64,000 nucleotides of DNA from Oscillatoria sp. PCC 10802 (lineage in GTDB: Bacteria > Cyanobacteriota > Cyanobacteriia > Cyanobacteriales > Oscillatoriaceae). The stretch covers positions 2,740,513-2,804,512 of the forward strand of contig NZ_KB235948.1 in assembly GCF_000332335.1 (NCBI RefSeq). The letters run 5' to 3'. Shown in pieces: positions 42,301 to 52,470 of the stretch. Made by a program: the position numbers and the translations under genes. Positions within the stretch are counted from its first letter, which is position 1, and each line of letters starts with the position of its first letter. The notes under the pieces were generated by a model that made no database searches, had not been told where the DNA came from, and worked only from the letters and a program-made list of their open reading frames with translations.

Positions 42301-43097
42301 CCATAGAAGCTGTGAGCGTAGGAAGCAGCTTGGATTAATTTGGCGCTTTCTTTGTCCTCCCGCTTAAAGGCGGTGAAGTACAGCTTCAAGTCCTCGGAAA
42401 ACTCCACCCCCAAGTTGCCGGTGGAGCCGGTGTCTATCCGCAGTTTGGAGAAAAAGCTTTTGGAGCGCAAATAGCTAATCTCGCGCAGCAACATGCGCCG
42501 CTGATTCTCCAGTTCTCTGTCTTCCAAGTCTAAGAGGTCTTGTGCGGACTTGACAGAAAATACGGATAAGTCTAGGGAAAGAATCCTGTACTTATCTCGG
42601 TTTTTCAAGAGCATCAGGGTGTCCGCTTTCAAAAACTCTCCCTTGTTTTTGTGCCGGCGAATCACCGTATCCAGGTTATCTAGAGTGCCAAACTGAGACA
42701 GGAACTCGGCATATTCTTTATCATCAGGATTTTTGGAATAGGTTTTGATGCTGTTCTCCCCACAAAAGCTGCACTGGTAATAGAGAATTTCGGTATTTGG
42801 CAAGTGCCGGTCGTCCCAACCGGCAGCTTTGATGTACTCCCCGAAGAAGTTTAACCCAGAGAGGAAGCCTTTCTGGATCGTGTACAGGCTCCACTTTTCT
42901 ACAATCCCGATATTCTCAGTGCTGATCAGTTCTTCATCCTCAACCATCCGCTTCAGCATTGCGGGGAAGTGCAAGTGCTGCAAATCGTGCCGGTACAGGT
43001 TGCCAAAGTTGTGCTTGATCTGGTGGTGTTCGATAAAGGCGAGGATGCCAATATTGAACCCCACCTCAAAGAGCCGGCCTAAGTTTTCTGCTATCAT
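39363..43097 (-). CDS. Large (1244 aa) uncharacterised protein with an SF2-helicase-like P-loop NTPase core (gene B of a two-gene island)
   Basis: Walker A GNPGIGKTT, Walker B FIMVDEITGDD, motif V-like TSSASRGLSFP (compare DEAD-box TDVAARGLDIP), motif VI-like QVIYRARG. An N-terminal region of about 400 aa has no recognisable motif. Lower GC than its flanks. Confidence 0.6.
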   Translation of the reverse strand: MIAENLGRLFEVGFNIGILAFIEHHQIKHNFGNLYRHDLQHLHFPAMLKRMVEDEELISTENIGIVEKWSLYTIQKGFLSGLNFFGEYIKAAGWDDRHLPNTEILYYQCSFCGENSIKTYSKNPDDKEYAEFLSQFGTLDNLDTVIRRHKNKGEFLKADTLMLLKNRDKYRILSLDLSVFSVKSAQDLLDLEDRELENQRRMLLREISYLRSKSFFSKLRIDTGSTGNLGVEFSEDLKLYFTAFKREDKESAKLIQAASYAHSFYGFLLQTCILTESAPVVFNAVGYSDRGISAMSLRPENLNVLATCAKIYKNEAKKPEINIARREVLGIIQRNANRSFTDGKLFVEALSEKPLSLREDGIAEITHTERMDGFLNSIDTISADLASQLDISPKSHLRDAHAELIRKALVSDDTYIFLTGNPGIGKTTAIANFLQAHLDEGFLFFYVSPRKQVNLDIIEKFKSPDTEQLSDSRLFCINTNASIIKENGGKPTVEYHSNQRQDDFTAKSIHFLNATRERQRREQQPQRLKQETEDTFRDIGERTAGVLSSICEGIHALIDSKSCNNIVATASIQSLRITPNGANTLEHLDKIFKGAYNKREGKVIPSAMRQISQRIKHVFIMVDEITGDDSGVNFLKGISQFLSRFQLAKHGFNTKVIVADASIVDPEVITQHLSEASPEPDKIYFRMAKQTAAPISVSRFPFKRAGAIAINANSYPARSLSITYKVFVECLKYSEEAFSYKGNSLVKAVQSKIAEDISAYLEHPDADQLLVYIQDKKRLQELIEKLRSRREKFKENEDYLEIHANLSEEAKKNIHRHKNNVKVIFMTSSASRGLSFPKAKRILAEIPRFQVERNLMEVIQVIYRARGEYWENGESKTLDGEDKELIFYLSDRALYYPKERDMSFEDYAKERQLSIQESVLSLLNILLILKISVMTRIVGAWRLGRKEFMMIPIGGKSVSAAGDTFTSQMTNLIRELKNEHRRRPSNLTLQQVYTSLQEILSRAEFTLLDADKPRKPVSPRNRLSEQLSYLSLRDLFNRQFSQLCGSFDKLLDYGKIEPGHISGSLLVVPVGEKTLEETYQIRLEQQIRKHATPELIAKMRAISHSLEYPENLRTALRGGAMELVKLLSGEVTRTQWFEQSSQRDDQYYALPLFAFIAGEAMRDYFKTNPEEEEDTEFRTLMSRYVHSLYPAYNTLPIGRKYGEFPFLIFRSYSLEEMREKIFTDKYLLTSSELNVLNLILSKEK

Positions 43098-43138
43098 ATT
43101 TTACTGCTTTGCTACGTTTATTATTTTACTCCAATTCC

Positions 43139-43228
43139 CCTCGTTCCCAGCCTGAGGCTGGGAACGCTGCTCGCTTAGGCTCTGCCTCCTTTTTACAACA
43201 AGCAGATTAAAAGCGTAATAGCTTATAG
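43139..43228. mobile_element. Repeat family R2, copy c, in the 180-bp spacer between the two large genes. It is followed by an R8 GC hairpin at 43229..43254.
   Basis: CCTCGTTCCCAGCCTGAGGCTGGGAACGCTGCTCGCTTAGGCTCTGCCTCC... Confidence 0.55.
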
Positions 43229-43277
43229 TCCTTCCCTCTTGGAGGGGAGGAGGGCTAAAGCCCTACTACGAACCTTT

Positions 43278-46200
43278 TTATCTAGATGCCTCCTCTATTA
43301 ATGCTTTCTTAATCTCGGTCATAAAGGCCAAAGCGTTAAACTCAATCTCCCCTCTCATGTGGTTAAATATAGACAGCTTCCCAAAGGAATCATCCCCGAT
43401 GATATTCTCGTAAGGGTCGAGTTTTAAACTGATGTTGCTGTTTTTCTCGAACCTCGAAAAGTGAAACAGCGTCAGGTATTGCAGCAAGTCAGCTTTCAGG
43501 GGAGTGTCCTCCAGCAATCCCCGCCGGATATCCATGTCATCGAGAATGCCTTCATAGATATTCACCAGTGTGGCGTAAGAAACAACGCCATTGTAAAAGC
43601 GCTCCTCGCTGCTCCCTACCGTAATCCCATTAAACAGGTTGAAAAACACAACAGCTTGCTGCTGGGGATCTCTGGACACACTTGTTAGCTGCTCGGTGTC
43701 TGTGACATACAGGGATTTAGCACGCCGTTCTCTTCTCTCCTTGTTGATGACGTAGTATTTATCAAAAAACACCGGGTATATCTTAATGTCCTGACGCTCT
43801 CCCTTCAACTCCTTGATTAGTTTGGGCGACATAAAATACAGTTCCTCTTCCCCCTGACTCCGGGTGATGTGCAGGGTGCTGGAATAGGGAGCTTGCGCGA
43901 TATACAAAAAGTGCCGGTAGCCCTCACGATAAAGATTGTCCACCGTATTGATGAGCACCGGCGCGTCGCGATAGATCCGCCAATTCGGGTAATTGTCAGA
44001 GAAAGTCTTGAGAATCTCCAGCCGAACAGTACCGTCCGCTTGGCGCGTGACGCTCACCACTTCTCCCAGCAAATTGGAAATGCGGCTGTTCCGGTTCCTG
44101 CTCCCTGTCCTAGCGTCGCTCTCTACGCTGGATACTATAATAATAGCAAGTTTTTCTAGCGTTGGAAACTCATCGACGAAACGAAACTTTTTCGGAAGCA
44201 CAGAGTACAGGGAACTCAGACCATTAGCAATGGTGTACCCTTTCAGGTTCTTCACCCGGAACCCTTGCGAACTGCACCGGCATTTCTCATTCAGCAGGTG
44301 GGACAGCCCTTTAGAAAGGTTTGCCAAAAACTTCTCAACCGGAAAAGGATTATTGTCGTCGCCCTCGTGCAACCGCAGCATCGGGACAAATAAATTGTCC
44401 GGAGCATTTTCCAGCAGAAGGTTCAGGCATATAAGCGCCAGCACGACCCAGGTGAACTGGTAAACAAAAGCCTGAGAGATGTCCAACCGATTCGGGTTAT
44501 TCTCGTTTAGATGCCGGTTGTCGTAGGGAAACAGGATTAGCTTGTGATGCTGCAAATTTTTGGTGTATTTTTCCCAGCAGGGATCTTGTTTGGGAACCCA
44601 AGCCACCGCCAGCGCACTTACCCCTTTTATATCATATTCCCAGCTGAACTTTTCCCGCTCTTCAGCCGGAAAGTAGCGGATATCTTCTATCGTAATGCTA
44701 GCCGGCAGCTGGCAGAGAGCGCCCTCATCCACATGCGCCCCGCCAATCGAGATATATCTCAAGCATTCCTTGGGATTGCGCCCCAAAACCTCCCTTAAAA
44801 AAGCCCCGTTAATCATGCTGTCGATCTCCCCTGGCGGGTTCAGGATGCCTTTCCTCACCGCAATCTGGATGGGATAGGTTCGGGTTGCCAAAATCGTCTG
44901 TCTCTCCAGAAAGTTTTTCAGCAGTTCCTTCAGCCGGCTTATCTTGTGGCGCACATTATACTCATTGAAGCCTCGCACAATTCCCCGAAATAGTTTCTTT
45001 TTCGCCTCCTCATTATCCCCCCGCAACACCGGCAAAACTTTTTCAAAGCCGGCAATTGGATCGTACTCCAGCTCGGAGTCAGGACTGTAATTGGGGTCTA
45101 AAGGATTGCTGCGAGAAGCAAAGACAAAAAAGTACAGGAGCACTCGCCTCAACACCCGTTTAGCAAAGCTTTCCTGCTTAGAAGAGTCCCCGATTTCCTC
45201 CTGATGTTTCTTGCTGTCTGGATTGATGATATCCAGATTGTAGTCAAAGACTTCATCCCCTCCCAGCGCTTGCACCTTGCCGGCCAACTTCAATTTTAGG
45301 CCAAAAACAAACTGAATCTCTCCCCCGCTCCTGTCCGTATTTTCTCCCAAATACCCGCCTACAATAGGAATGATCGGAAGGGAGTCCAGAGCTTCAGCGC
45401 GGGAAAACGCATCTTTATAGTTAACCGTCGCCCCAGCATAGCTCACTTCATAATGGCCATCCGGTCTGTCAGCGCTGATATACTCTTCTATCAGCCTCAG
45501 ACGCCGAATTAAATCTCGCAGATATATAAGTCCGGCGGTGTCTTGCGTCTCGATGCTGTCTCGCAGATACTCCAAATAAGTAATTTCCGCTTCCTTCTTC
45601 AGCTTCCCCAGAGTTTCTGTATCGACAATTTCCTGCAGCTGGTAAAATTCAGAAAATTCAGCGATTTCCAGACGGTCGAGAGCGCTATACAAATCTGCCC
45701 TGTCCTCTTCACTTTCCCAAGGCACTTCTTGCTCAATGTAGTTTTCCAATCCCCGCTTGAGATTTTCTTGAAACTCATCGATATTCCGCACCGCAATTGT
45801 GAGTTTGTGGAATTTCAGCAGGGACTCACCACCGGGACGGTCGAATTCTAGACTGAGTTTCTGTTTCACCAGGTTATCATACCGCTTGCCAAAGTCGTAG
45901 GCCAAACCCAACTGATCTGGTTTTCTCGTCGGAAAAGATTGCAAATCGCGCGTGATTAAACCGGCAACCAGTTCCTGAATAGAGCCGGTTTCTCCCAGTG
46001 CGGATTCTAGCTTCTCCCTCAAACACTCTCTTATCTCCCGCACCTTACCCGGAAAGACTTCTCGAAACCCCCGGCTAAAGTTGACACTTGCGGAGCGAAC
46101 ACTTTGCGAAGACTCCAGGGGATTCTGCACCTGCGCCGAAGTCGCGAGAGAGGCGGCTAATTCATCAATATCAACAAGCAACTTGCGGCGATCTCCCGAT

Positions 46201-46304
46201 ATCCTGAACGGATTGTGATTCCGCAAAGCCCGTAAAATCTTGTCCAGCAAATCGCTGTAGTTCACGGCGACTAAATCGCCGTCCCCCTGCTGTAAGATGT
46301 TCAC
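43278..46304 (-). CDS. Large (1008 aa) uncharacterised protein (gene A of the two-gene island)
   Basis: Single uninterrupted ORF. I recognise no catalytic motifs. Compositionally matched to gene B. Confidence 0.5.
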   Translation of the reverse strand: MNILQQGDGDLVAVNYSDLLDKILRALRNHNPFRISGDRRKLLVDIDELAASLATSAQVQNPLESSQSVRSASVNFSRGFREVFPGKVREIRECLREKLESALGETGSIQELVAGLITRDLQSFPTRKPDQLGLAYDFGKRYDNLVKQKLSLEFDRPGGESLLKFHKLTIAVRNIDEFQENLKRGLENYIEQEVPWESEEDRADLYSALDRLEIAEFSEFYQLQEIVDTETLGKLKKEAEITYLEYLRDSIETQDTAGLIYLRDLIRRLRLIEEYISADRPDGHYEVSYAGATVNYKDAFSRAEALDSLPIIPIVGGYLGENTDRSGGEIQFVFGLKLKLAGKVQALGGDEVFDYNLDIINPDSKKHQEEIGDSSKQESFAKRVLRRVLLYFFVFASRSNPLDPNYSPDSELEYDPIAGFEKVLPVLRGDNEEAKKKLFRGIVRGFNEYNVRHKISRLKELLKNFLERQTILATRTYPIQIAVRKGILNPPGEIDSMINGAFLREVLGRNPKECLRYISIGGAHVDEGALCQLPASITIEDIRYFPAEEREKFSWEYDIKGVSALAVAWVPKQDPCWEKYTKNLQHHKLILFPYDNRHLNENNPNRLDISQAFVYQFTWVVLALICLNLLLENAPDNLFVPMLRLHEGDDNNPFPVEKFLANLSKGLSHLLNEKCRCSSQGFRVKNLKGYTIANGLSSLYSVLPKKFRFVDEFPTLEKLAIIIVSSVESDARTGSRNRNSRISNLLGEVVSVTRQADGTVRLEILKTFSDNYPNWRIYRDAPVLINTVDNLYREGYRHFLYIAQAPYSSTLHITRSQGEEELYFMSPKLIKELKGERQDIKIYPVFFDKYYVINKERRERRAKSLYVTDTEQLTSVSRDPQQQAVVFFNLFNGITVGSSEERFYNGVVSYATLVNIYEGILDDMDIRRGLLEDTPLKADLLQYLTLFHFSRFEKNSNISLKLDPYENIIGDDSFGKLSIFNHMRGEIEFNALAFMTEIKKALIEEASR

Positions 46305-46316
46305 TCCGTTCCCTCT

Positions 46317-46586
46317 TCAGAACACTTGAATCCACTCTTTCACATTATACTCCGTCCAGATGCCGTTTTGCCAGTACGGATCTGCCTCAACCAGCCGGCG
46401 CACCGTAGCTTCATCTTCCGCCTCGTAGATGCCAAACACCTTGGTCACATCCTTAGTTGGGCCAACTGTAATTATAACACCGGCTTCTTTTAGCTTCTTC
46501 AGCCCATCCAAGTGAGCTTGCCGGAAAGGCTCCCGCTTTTCCAGCACATTCTCACAGTAACTTCCCCACATCACATACTTAGCCAT
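46317..46586 (-). CDS. YciI-like small protein
   Basis: 89 aa. YciI-family pattern with conserved His and Asp. 12 nt upstream of gene A on the same strand. Confidence 0.55.
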   Translation of the reverse strand: MAKYVMWGSYCENVLEKREPFRQAHLDGLKKLKEAGVIITVGPTKDVTKVFGIYEAEDEATVRRLVEADPYWQNGIWTEYNVKEWIQVF

Positions 46587-46681
46587 ACTTAATACAAAAT
46601 TTAGATTTCCCCTAGCGGGGGCGTCTGGAATTGCCGCCGGTACTATCCTACCACCCCCTCACCGGCAAGAAGTCACCCTTC

Positions 46682-46706
46682 CTGTAAAATTAACAAAAAT
46701 TTACAG
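46682..46706. promoter_or_regulatory. Near-perfect palindrome CTGTAAAATT-AACAA-AAATTTACAG in the promoter region of the yciI-like / large-gene operon
   Basis: Read directly. It lies about 100 nt upstream of the yciI-like start. Confidence 0.35.
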
Positions 46707-46719
46707 AAGTTTAGCATTT

Positions 46720-46838
46720 CCCCCAACACTGTCGCAGGAGGCAGAGCCTCTGATAGATGCGTTCCCAGCCTGAGGCTGGGAACGAGGAAGTCCGCGAAGG
46801 CGGACTTCGTTTGTATAGCCGCGATTTCAATCGCCAGG
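46720..46838. mobile_element. Mosaic repeat: an inverted R2 copy (GGAGGCAGAGCCTC...GTTCCCAGCCTGAGGCTGGGAACGAGG) fused to an R1-internal-like segment (GGACTTCGTTTGT...TTTCAATCGCCAGG)
   Basis: Both segments recur elsewhere (43139.. and 52230..52280 respectively). Confidence 0.5.
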
Positions 46839-46841
46839 TAG

Positions 46842-49271
46842 CTAACTTCTCAAACTAACATCAAACTGTTTAACCAGAGCCTCCCGAACCTTTTGGTGCA
46901 CCGGCTCAACATCAGAATCAGTCAGCGTGCGGTCGCCCACCCGATAAACCAGGCGAAACGCCAAACTTCGCTGACCCGAAGGCACATGCTCCCCGCGATA
47001 CTCATCAAACACCTCAACCGACTCCAGAAGCGAACCCGCAGCCTTAACAATTGCCCCCTCAAATTCCGCCACAGACACCCCAACCGGCGCGAAAAACGCA
47101 ATATCCCGGTCAGAAGCAGGATAGCTCGAATAAGCGCGGAACCTGCGTCCCAGCGCCCCCTCACCCACAGCAGCCAAAAGCACAGCTAAATCCAGCTGGA
47201 ACACATACACCGCATCTGGCAAATCCCGCTCTTGGCGCAACTCCGGATGCAGCTGGCCAAAAATCCCCAACCGGCTGTCTCCCACCCACAGAGACGCCGT
47301 GCGTCCGGGGTGCAAGCGCTCTTCAGAACTCTCCTGTTTCCACTCCACCGGCACATTAAAGCGCCCAAACACACTTTCCAGCACACCCTTCGCCTCAAAC
47401 CAGCTCAGCGCCTGCTCGCGACCGCCGCGCACCCACCGGCCCACTTCCGGATCGCCCCCAATAACGCCCGCCAGCGCCGAAGCTTCCTTCAAAACATCCC
47501 CGTCCTTCCAGAAAATGCGGCCAATTTCAAACCCATTCAGAGCGCCATTTCCTTGCTGCAAATTGTACTGAAAAGCGTCAATAAGCCCCGACAGCATCTC
47601 ACTCCGCAGCCCCGAATATTCCACAAACAAAGGATTCGCCAGCGCCACCTGATTTTCCGACACCGGCTTCACCAGAGAATAGTGCATCAGTTCCGTCAAA
47701 CCCGCAGCGCGGAAAGCCGATCGCAGCTCGCGAGTCAGCTGCTCCTCCACCGGCAAATAGCCCAACATCGCACTGCCCGGAAGCGTCTCGCAGAAATTAT
47801 CATAGCCGTACAAACGGGCAATTTCCTCAATCAAATCGATTTCCCGCTCCAAATCCCGATAGCGATACGCCGGCACCGTCACCGCCCACACCCGCTCTTG
47901 CGTGCGCTCCACACAGCAACCCAGCGCCGTCAGGATGCGCTCCATTTCCTCCGGTTGCAACTCGCCGGTGGCATCTCCCCGCTTCACCTTTCCCAAAAGC
48001 TGATTAACTCGGTCAAGACGCAACTCCACAGAGCGAGTGAAACTCGTCGGTCCCGTGCGGGAAATCGCCTGAGACACCGGCACCCCCCCAGCCAATTCAG
48101 CAATCAACTTCAGAGCTCGCCGGCACGCCACCGGCAATTCCGCCTGATTCACCCCCCGCTCATAGCGAGTGGACGACTCAGAGCGCAACCCCTGACTGCG
48201 AGACGACCGGCGGATCGCCGCCCCCTCAAAAATCGCTGCTTCCAGCACCAAATTTTGCGTCCCGTCACCGACTTCTGTTTCCTCACCGCCCATAACGCCG
48301 GCGAGCGCCACCGGCTTGTCATTGGCCACAATCAGCAGATTTTGTTCTTGCAGCGCCCGCAGCTGACCGTCCAGCGTTTTCAGGGATTCCCCAGCCTTAG
48401 CATATCGCACGCCAATTGTCAAGCTCTCGCTGCCGGCGACAGATTGCAAGCGCTCGCGGTCAAAAGCGTGCAGCGGCTGCCCCCACTCCAGCAAAATGTA
48501 ATTCGTGACATCCACCACATTATTAATAGGGCGAATCCCAGCAGCTTGCAGCCGGCGCTGCAGCCACTCTGGAGACGGGCCAATTTTCACCCCTTCAATC
48601 GCCGTACCGATATAAATCGGGCACGATTGCAGTGAATTGTCAACCCTCAAATTGGAACCTTCAGACAGGGTTTCCCCCAGCTCACCCGCTTCTGGAAGCC
48701 GCACAGTCGAGCCGGTCAGCGCCGCCACTTCCCGCGCCACCCCCACCATACTGAGAGCGTCAGCACGATTTGCCGTTGCTGTCAAGTCCAGAATCACATC
48801 ATCCAGACCCAGCAGAGGGCGGACATCGCTGCCCAGTTGGGGGTTTTCCAGCTCAAAAATGTGAATGCCGGCGGACTCCTTAGTCAAACCGAGTTCAGCC
48901 AGAGAGCAAATCATCCCTGCCGAAGGCACCCCGCGCAGTTTAGCCGGTTTAATTTTCAAATCCACATTAGGCAGATAAGTGCCAACAGTCGCCACAGCCA
49001 CATAGATATCAGCCCGAGCGTTAGGCGCGCCGCAGACAATATTGAGCGGTTCGTCCCCCGCCCCAATATCAACCTGGCACACCCGCAGCTTGTCCGCGTT
49101 CGGGTGTTGGGCGCAGCTGATCACCTTCCCAAGCACCACGCCATCAGCCCAAGTGCGCCGGTCTTCAATATCTTCCACCTCAAACCCAGCCATTGTTAGC
49201 GTTTCCGCCAACTGTTCCGGGCTCATCGTAATGTCTGTCAGTTCCCGCAGCCAATTCAGAGAGATACGCAT
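46842..49271 (-). CDS. pheT: Phenylalanyl-tRNA synthetase beta subunit
   Basis: 809 aa. N-terminal tRNA-binding domain ([10 protein letters not shown]...). B3/4, B5 and FDX-ACB domains. Confidence 0.95.
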   Translation of the reverse strand: MRISLNWLRELTDITMSPEQLAETLTMAGFEVEDIEDRRTWADGVVLGKVISCAQHPNADKLRVCQVDIGAGDEPLNIVCGAPNARADIYVAVATVGTYLPNVDLKIKPAKLRGVPSAGMICSLAELGLTKESAGIHIFELENPQLGSDVRPLLGLDDVILDLTATANRADALSMVGVAREVAALTGSTVRLPEAGELGETLSEGSNLRVDNSLQSCPIYIGTAIEGVKIGPSPEWLQRRLQAAGIRPINNVVDVTNYILLEWGQPLHAFDRERLQSVAGSESLTIGVRYAKAGESLKTLDGQLRALQEQNLLIVANDKPVALAGVMGGEETEVGDGTQNLVLEAAIFEGAAIRRSSRSQGLRSESSTRYERGVNQAELPVACRRALKLIAELAGGVPVSQAISRTGPTSFTRSVELRLDRVNQLLGKVKRGDATGELQPEEMERILTALGCCVERTQERVWAVTVPAYRYRDLEREIDLIEEIARLYGYDNFCETLPGSAMLGYLPVEEQLTRELRSAFRAAGLTELMHYSLVKPVSENQVALANPLFVEYSGLRSEMLSGLIDAFQYNLQQGNGALNGFEIGRIFWKDGDVLKEASALAGVIGGDPEVGRWVRGGREQALSWFEAKGVLESVFGRFNVPVEWKQESSEERLHPGRTASLWVGDSRLGIFGQLHPELRQERDLPDAVYVFQLDLAVLLAAVGEGALGRRFRAYSSYPASDRDIAFFAPVGVSVAEFEGAIVKAAGSLLESVEVFDEYRGEHVPSGQRSLAFRLVYRVGDRTLTDSDVEPVHQKVREALVKQFDVSLRS

Positions 49272-49797
49272 TTACAGAGATGCCTTTACCTATATCAGCC
49301 TGAATCATTTTACCGAATCCGCTGCTAAAATCTCGGGGCGGGTTTCTGAACGCCCGAGCCGGCGGGCAAAAGTCTGTCGCAGTGGACACCCCCTCCCAGC
49401 ACGCGCCCAACGCCTACCGACTTCTAATTGAGGTGGGAAAATTTTTTTTATTAAGGTTCATTCTTAAACCTCAATTCCGCCGAATTAATATTTCCATACC
49501 CCCGACTAATTCTCTCACATTTTTGCACATTTTTGGCGTCCCTTCACGGAGGCGGTTCATTCTTAAAACCCACAGATTGCCCGCCGGCAAGCGCAAGTCC
49601 AGCACCCGCCAGCCCGCAACCGGCACCCCCAGAAACTGGACGGCGGCCCGCCGCACAGCCTCTCACCGCCGGCACCCCGGCATCAAACGCCTTAAGATTC
49701 GCGATAAAGTGGATAGTGACCAACCAGAAAAAACCTGCTAGATTGTGGCATATATCTGCTGCCGGTTGTGCTGCTGCCGATCTAACCCAAACATCTC

Positions 49798-52011
49798 ATG
49801 GACACTATACTGGGACAAACACTAGGTGGACGCTACAAAATCATCAGCTCCTTGGGAGGCGGGGCGTTTGGCCAGACCTATATTGCCGAAGACCACCAAC
49901 TGCCTGACCACCCTCGGTGCGTCGTCAAGCAGCTCAAACCGCAGGCGAAAGACGAACTGACACTCAAGACAGCCAGACGTTTATTCGACACCGAAGCCAA
50001 AGTCCTGCACCGGTTGGGAAGCCACGACCTGATCCCGCGCTTGCTAGCGCACTTTGAGGAACAGCAGGAATTTTATCTCGTGCAGGATTGTATAGAAGGA
50101 GAGCCTCTCAGTCAAGAGATTCAACCGGGCAAGCAGCTGAGTGAAGCCTTTGCCGTCGCCCTGCTGAACGATGTTTTGCCGGCACTAGCGTTTGTCCACC
50201 GGCAGAACGTCATCCATCGCGACCTCAAACCCTCCAACTTAATCAGACGCGCCGGTGACGGGAAATTAGTCCTCATTGACTTTGGCGCAGTCAAACAAGT
50301 CAGCAGCCAGGGGATCAGCGAAGGTGTTACCGTTGCCATTGGCACTCCCGGCTACATGCCCAGCGAACAGCTAGCCGGCAGTCCCCGCCCCAACAGCGAC
50401 ATTTATGCCTTGGGCGCGATTGCCATCCACGCCTTAACCGGCATTGCGCCATCCCGATTGCCGCAAGATCCGGTTTCCGGCGAGCTCGTCTGGCGCGACA
50501 GAGCCCGGGTGAGCGAACCGCTGGCCCAGATTTTGGACAAAATGGTGCGCTCGCACTTCAGGGACCGCTACCCGTCCGCAGAGGAAGTCCTCGCCGACCT
50601 GGCCAACCTGCCCCAAGGGGACCGCACCGAAAACCAAGGGGAGCCCACCCCCTCCCAAATCAGACCGCCCAACCGCTCAACACCCACCGGCGGTGCGCCC
50701 GACACCCCCACTGGGACGGTAGTGCCCCCCCCTGTGCCGCGCCGGTTCAAGCTTTGGCACGTCGGGGCGATAGTGGCGGTGTTGGGATTAGCCGCCGGCA
50801 GCCTAGCGTTTTTCCTGCGCCCAGATCCGCTCAGCCAAGCCAATAAATTAATCGACGCCCAGCAGCCAGAAGCAGCGCTCACTATCGCTGACGGGGTGCT
50901 CAAAAACCGGCCCGATGACGCAAAAGCCTGGAAAATTCAAGGCGATGCCTACTTTTTTTTAGAGCGCTACGAGCAAGCGCTCCTCGCTTATGACAGAGCG
51001 CTGAAAATCCAGCCCGATGACCCCAAAATTTGGAATAACCGGGGCAAGACCCTGTATCAATTGCAGCGCTACGACGAAGCCCTAAAATCTCATGACAAAG
51101 CCCTCGAACTCAATCCGAGTGACGTGCAAGCCTTGAACGGTCGGGGACGCGCCCTGATTGGCATGAAGCGCTTTCAAGAAGCGCTCGACGCCTTTGACAA
51201 AGCCCGCCAAATCCAGCCGAAAGAGCCCAAATCTTGGGAGAACCAAGCTTTTGCCTTAGAGTATTTGCAGCGCTCGCAAGAGGCGCGCCAAGCCTATCAA
51301 GAAGCCCTGGCCTCCTACAGCGACACCCTCAAAGCCAATCCCAAGGATATCCAAGCCCTGGTTGACCGGGGGAATGTGTTAAGTAAATTGCAGCGCTTCC
51401 CAGAGGCGCTCAATTCTTTTGAGGGGGCGATTGCCACCGACCCAAACTACTATCCCGCTTGGGTTGGCAAAGGCAGTGCGCTGTTTTTCTTGCAGCGCCC
51501 GGATGACGCGCTCAAAGCCTACGACAGGGCGCTGGAAATCAGGCCGAAATTCCATATCGCTTGGCACAACCGAGCCTCTTTGCTCGCTGAATTGCAGCGC
51601 TTTGAAGAGGCCATCAAGGATTATGACAGGGCGCGGGAATTCAACCCAGACTTCTATCAGGCGTGGCGAGACAGGGGATTTGCTCTCTTGCAATTGCAGC
51701 GCCAGCAAGAGGCAATCGTTTCTTTTGACAGAGCCCTGAGAACCGAACCCAATGACCCTAAATCTTGGGTGGGTCGGGGCATCGCCCTCACCGTCAGCAA
51801 GCGCTACGACGAAGCCCTAGCCGCCCTTGACAGAGCCATAAAAATCGCTCCCAGCGATCCGGTTGCCCTGTTGAACCGAGGTGTTGCCCTGGAGGGTTTG
51901 GGACGGAACGAGGACGCGCTGGAAGTCTATAACAAAGTGATTGAAATTCAGCCCAACTTCTTGCCGGCTATCCAGCAGCGCAAGCAGTTGCAGGAGAAGT
52001 TAGGGCGCTAG
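49798..52011 (+). CDS. Serine/threonine protein kinase with a TM segment and a C-terminal TPR-repeat array
   Basis: GxGxxG, VAIK-like K, HRDLKPSNL, DFG, APE motifs. At least 12 TPR repeats. Confidence 0.85.
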   Translation: MDTILGQTLGGRYKIISSLGGGAFGQTYIAEDHQLPDHPRCVVKQLKPQAKDELTLKTARRLFDTEAKVLHRLGSHDLIPRLLAHFEEQQEFYLVQDCIEGEPLSQEIQPGKQLSEAFAVALLNDVLPALAFVHRQNVIHRDLKPSNLIRRAGDGKLVLIDFGAVKQVSSQGISEGVTVAIGTPGYMPSEQLAGSPRPNSDIYALGAIAIHALTGIAPSRLPQDPVSGELVWRDRARVSEPLAQILDKMVRSHFRDRYPSAEEVLADLANLPQGDRTENQGEPTPSQIRPPNRSTPTGGAPDTPTGTVVPPPVPRRFKLWHVGAIVAVLGLAAGSLAFFLRPDPLSQANKLIDAQQPEAALTIADGVLKNRPDDAKAWKIQGDAYFFLERYEQALLAYDRALKIQPDDPKIWNNRGKTLYQLQRYDEALKSHDKALELNPSDVQALNGRGRALIGMKRFQEALDAFDKARQIQPKEPKSWENQAFALEYLQRSQEARQAYQEALASYSDTLKANPKDIQALVDRGNVLSKLQRFPEALNSFEGAIATDPNYYPAWVGKGSALFFLQRPDDALKAYDRALEIRPKFHIAWHNRASLLAELQRFEEAIKDYDRAREFNPDFYQAWRDRGFALLQLQRQQEAIVSFDRALRTEPNDPKSWVGRGIALTVSKRYDEALAALDRAIKIAPSDPVALLNRGVALEGLGRNEDALEVYNKVIEIQPNFLPAIQQRKQLQEKLGR

Positions 52012-52112
52012 TCTAGAAACCGGGTTTCGCAGCAGAAACCCGGTTTCTTATAGCGTTTCTCATAAGCTATAGCGCAGATAATTTGCACTACCCATCTCTA
52101 TTCTCTCGTTCC

Positions 52113-52315
52113 GGGGCGGGCACGGGGACCATTGGTGTCAACTTAAGCTGTGTCCCATAGCGGTTGAAACCGCAGCTACACAGACCAAACCCGCCTGCGC
52201 GGGTTTTAAAATTGTAGCTATTCTCTTAAGTCCTTGTCATGCGGACTTCGTTTGTCGCAGTGAGTTTCAATCGCCAGGAGCTTAAGTTGACACCAGTGGC
52301 ACGGGAACCCGCCCC
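52113..52315. mobile_element. MITE-like element family R1, copy 2, with its interior inverted relative to copy 1. It is flanked by an R2 fragment (52321..52392) and a palindromic GAGAAACCCGG...CCGGGTTTCTGGG element (52394..52463).
   Basis: TIRs GGGGCGGGCACGGGGACCATTGGTGTCAACTTAAGCT / AGCTTAAGTTGACACCAGTGGCACGGGAACCCGCCCC. Confidence 0.7.
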
Positions 52316-52470
52316 TACCGCCTGGGAACGCAATCTGGAGGCTCTGCCTCTTTTCAACGTAAAAGCAGGTTAAAAGCCAAAGAGCTTATTAGTGAGGGAC
52401 TGAGAAACCCGGAAGAGGGTGGTCTCCGTGGGTGGCCCGCCCCTACGAAACCGGGTTTCTGGGCCACAGT

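Noticed and set aside
47232-48635. 467-aa Arg/His/Gln-rich ORF antisense to pheT
   Set aside because: Composition artefact of the reverse frame of a high-GC gene. pheT is unambiguous.
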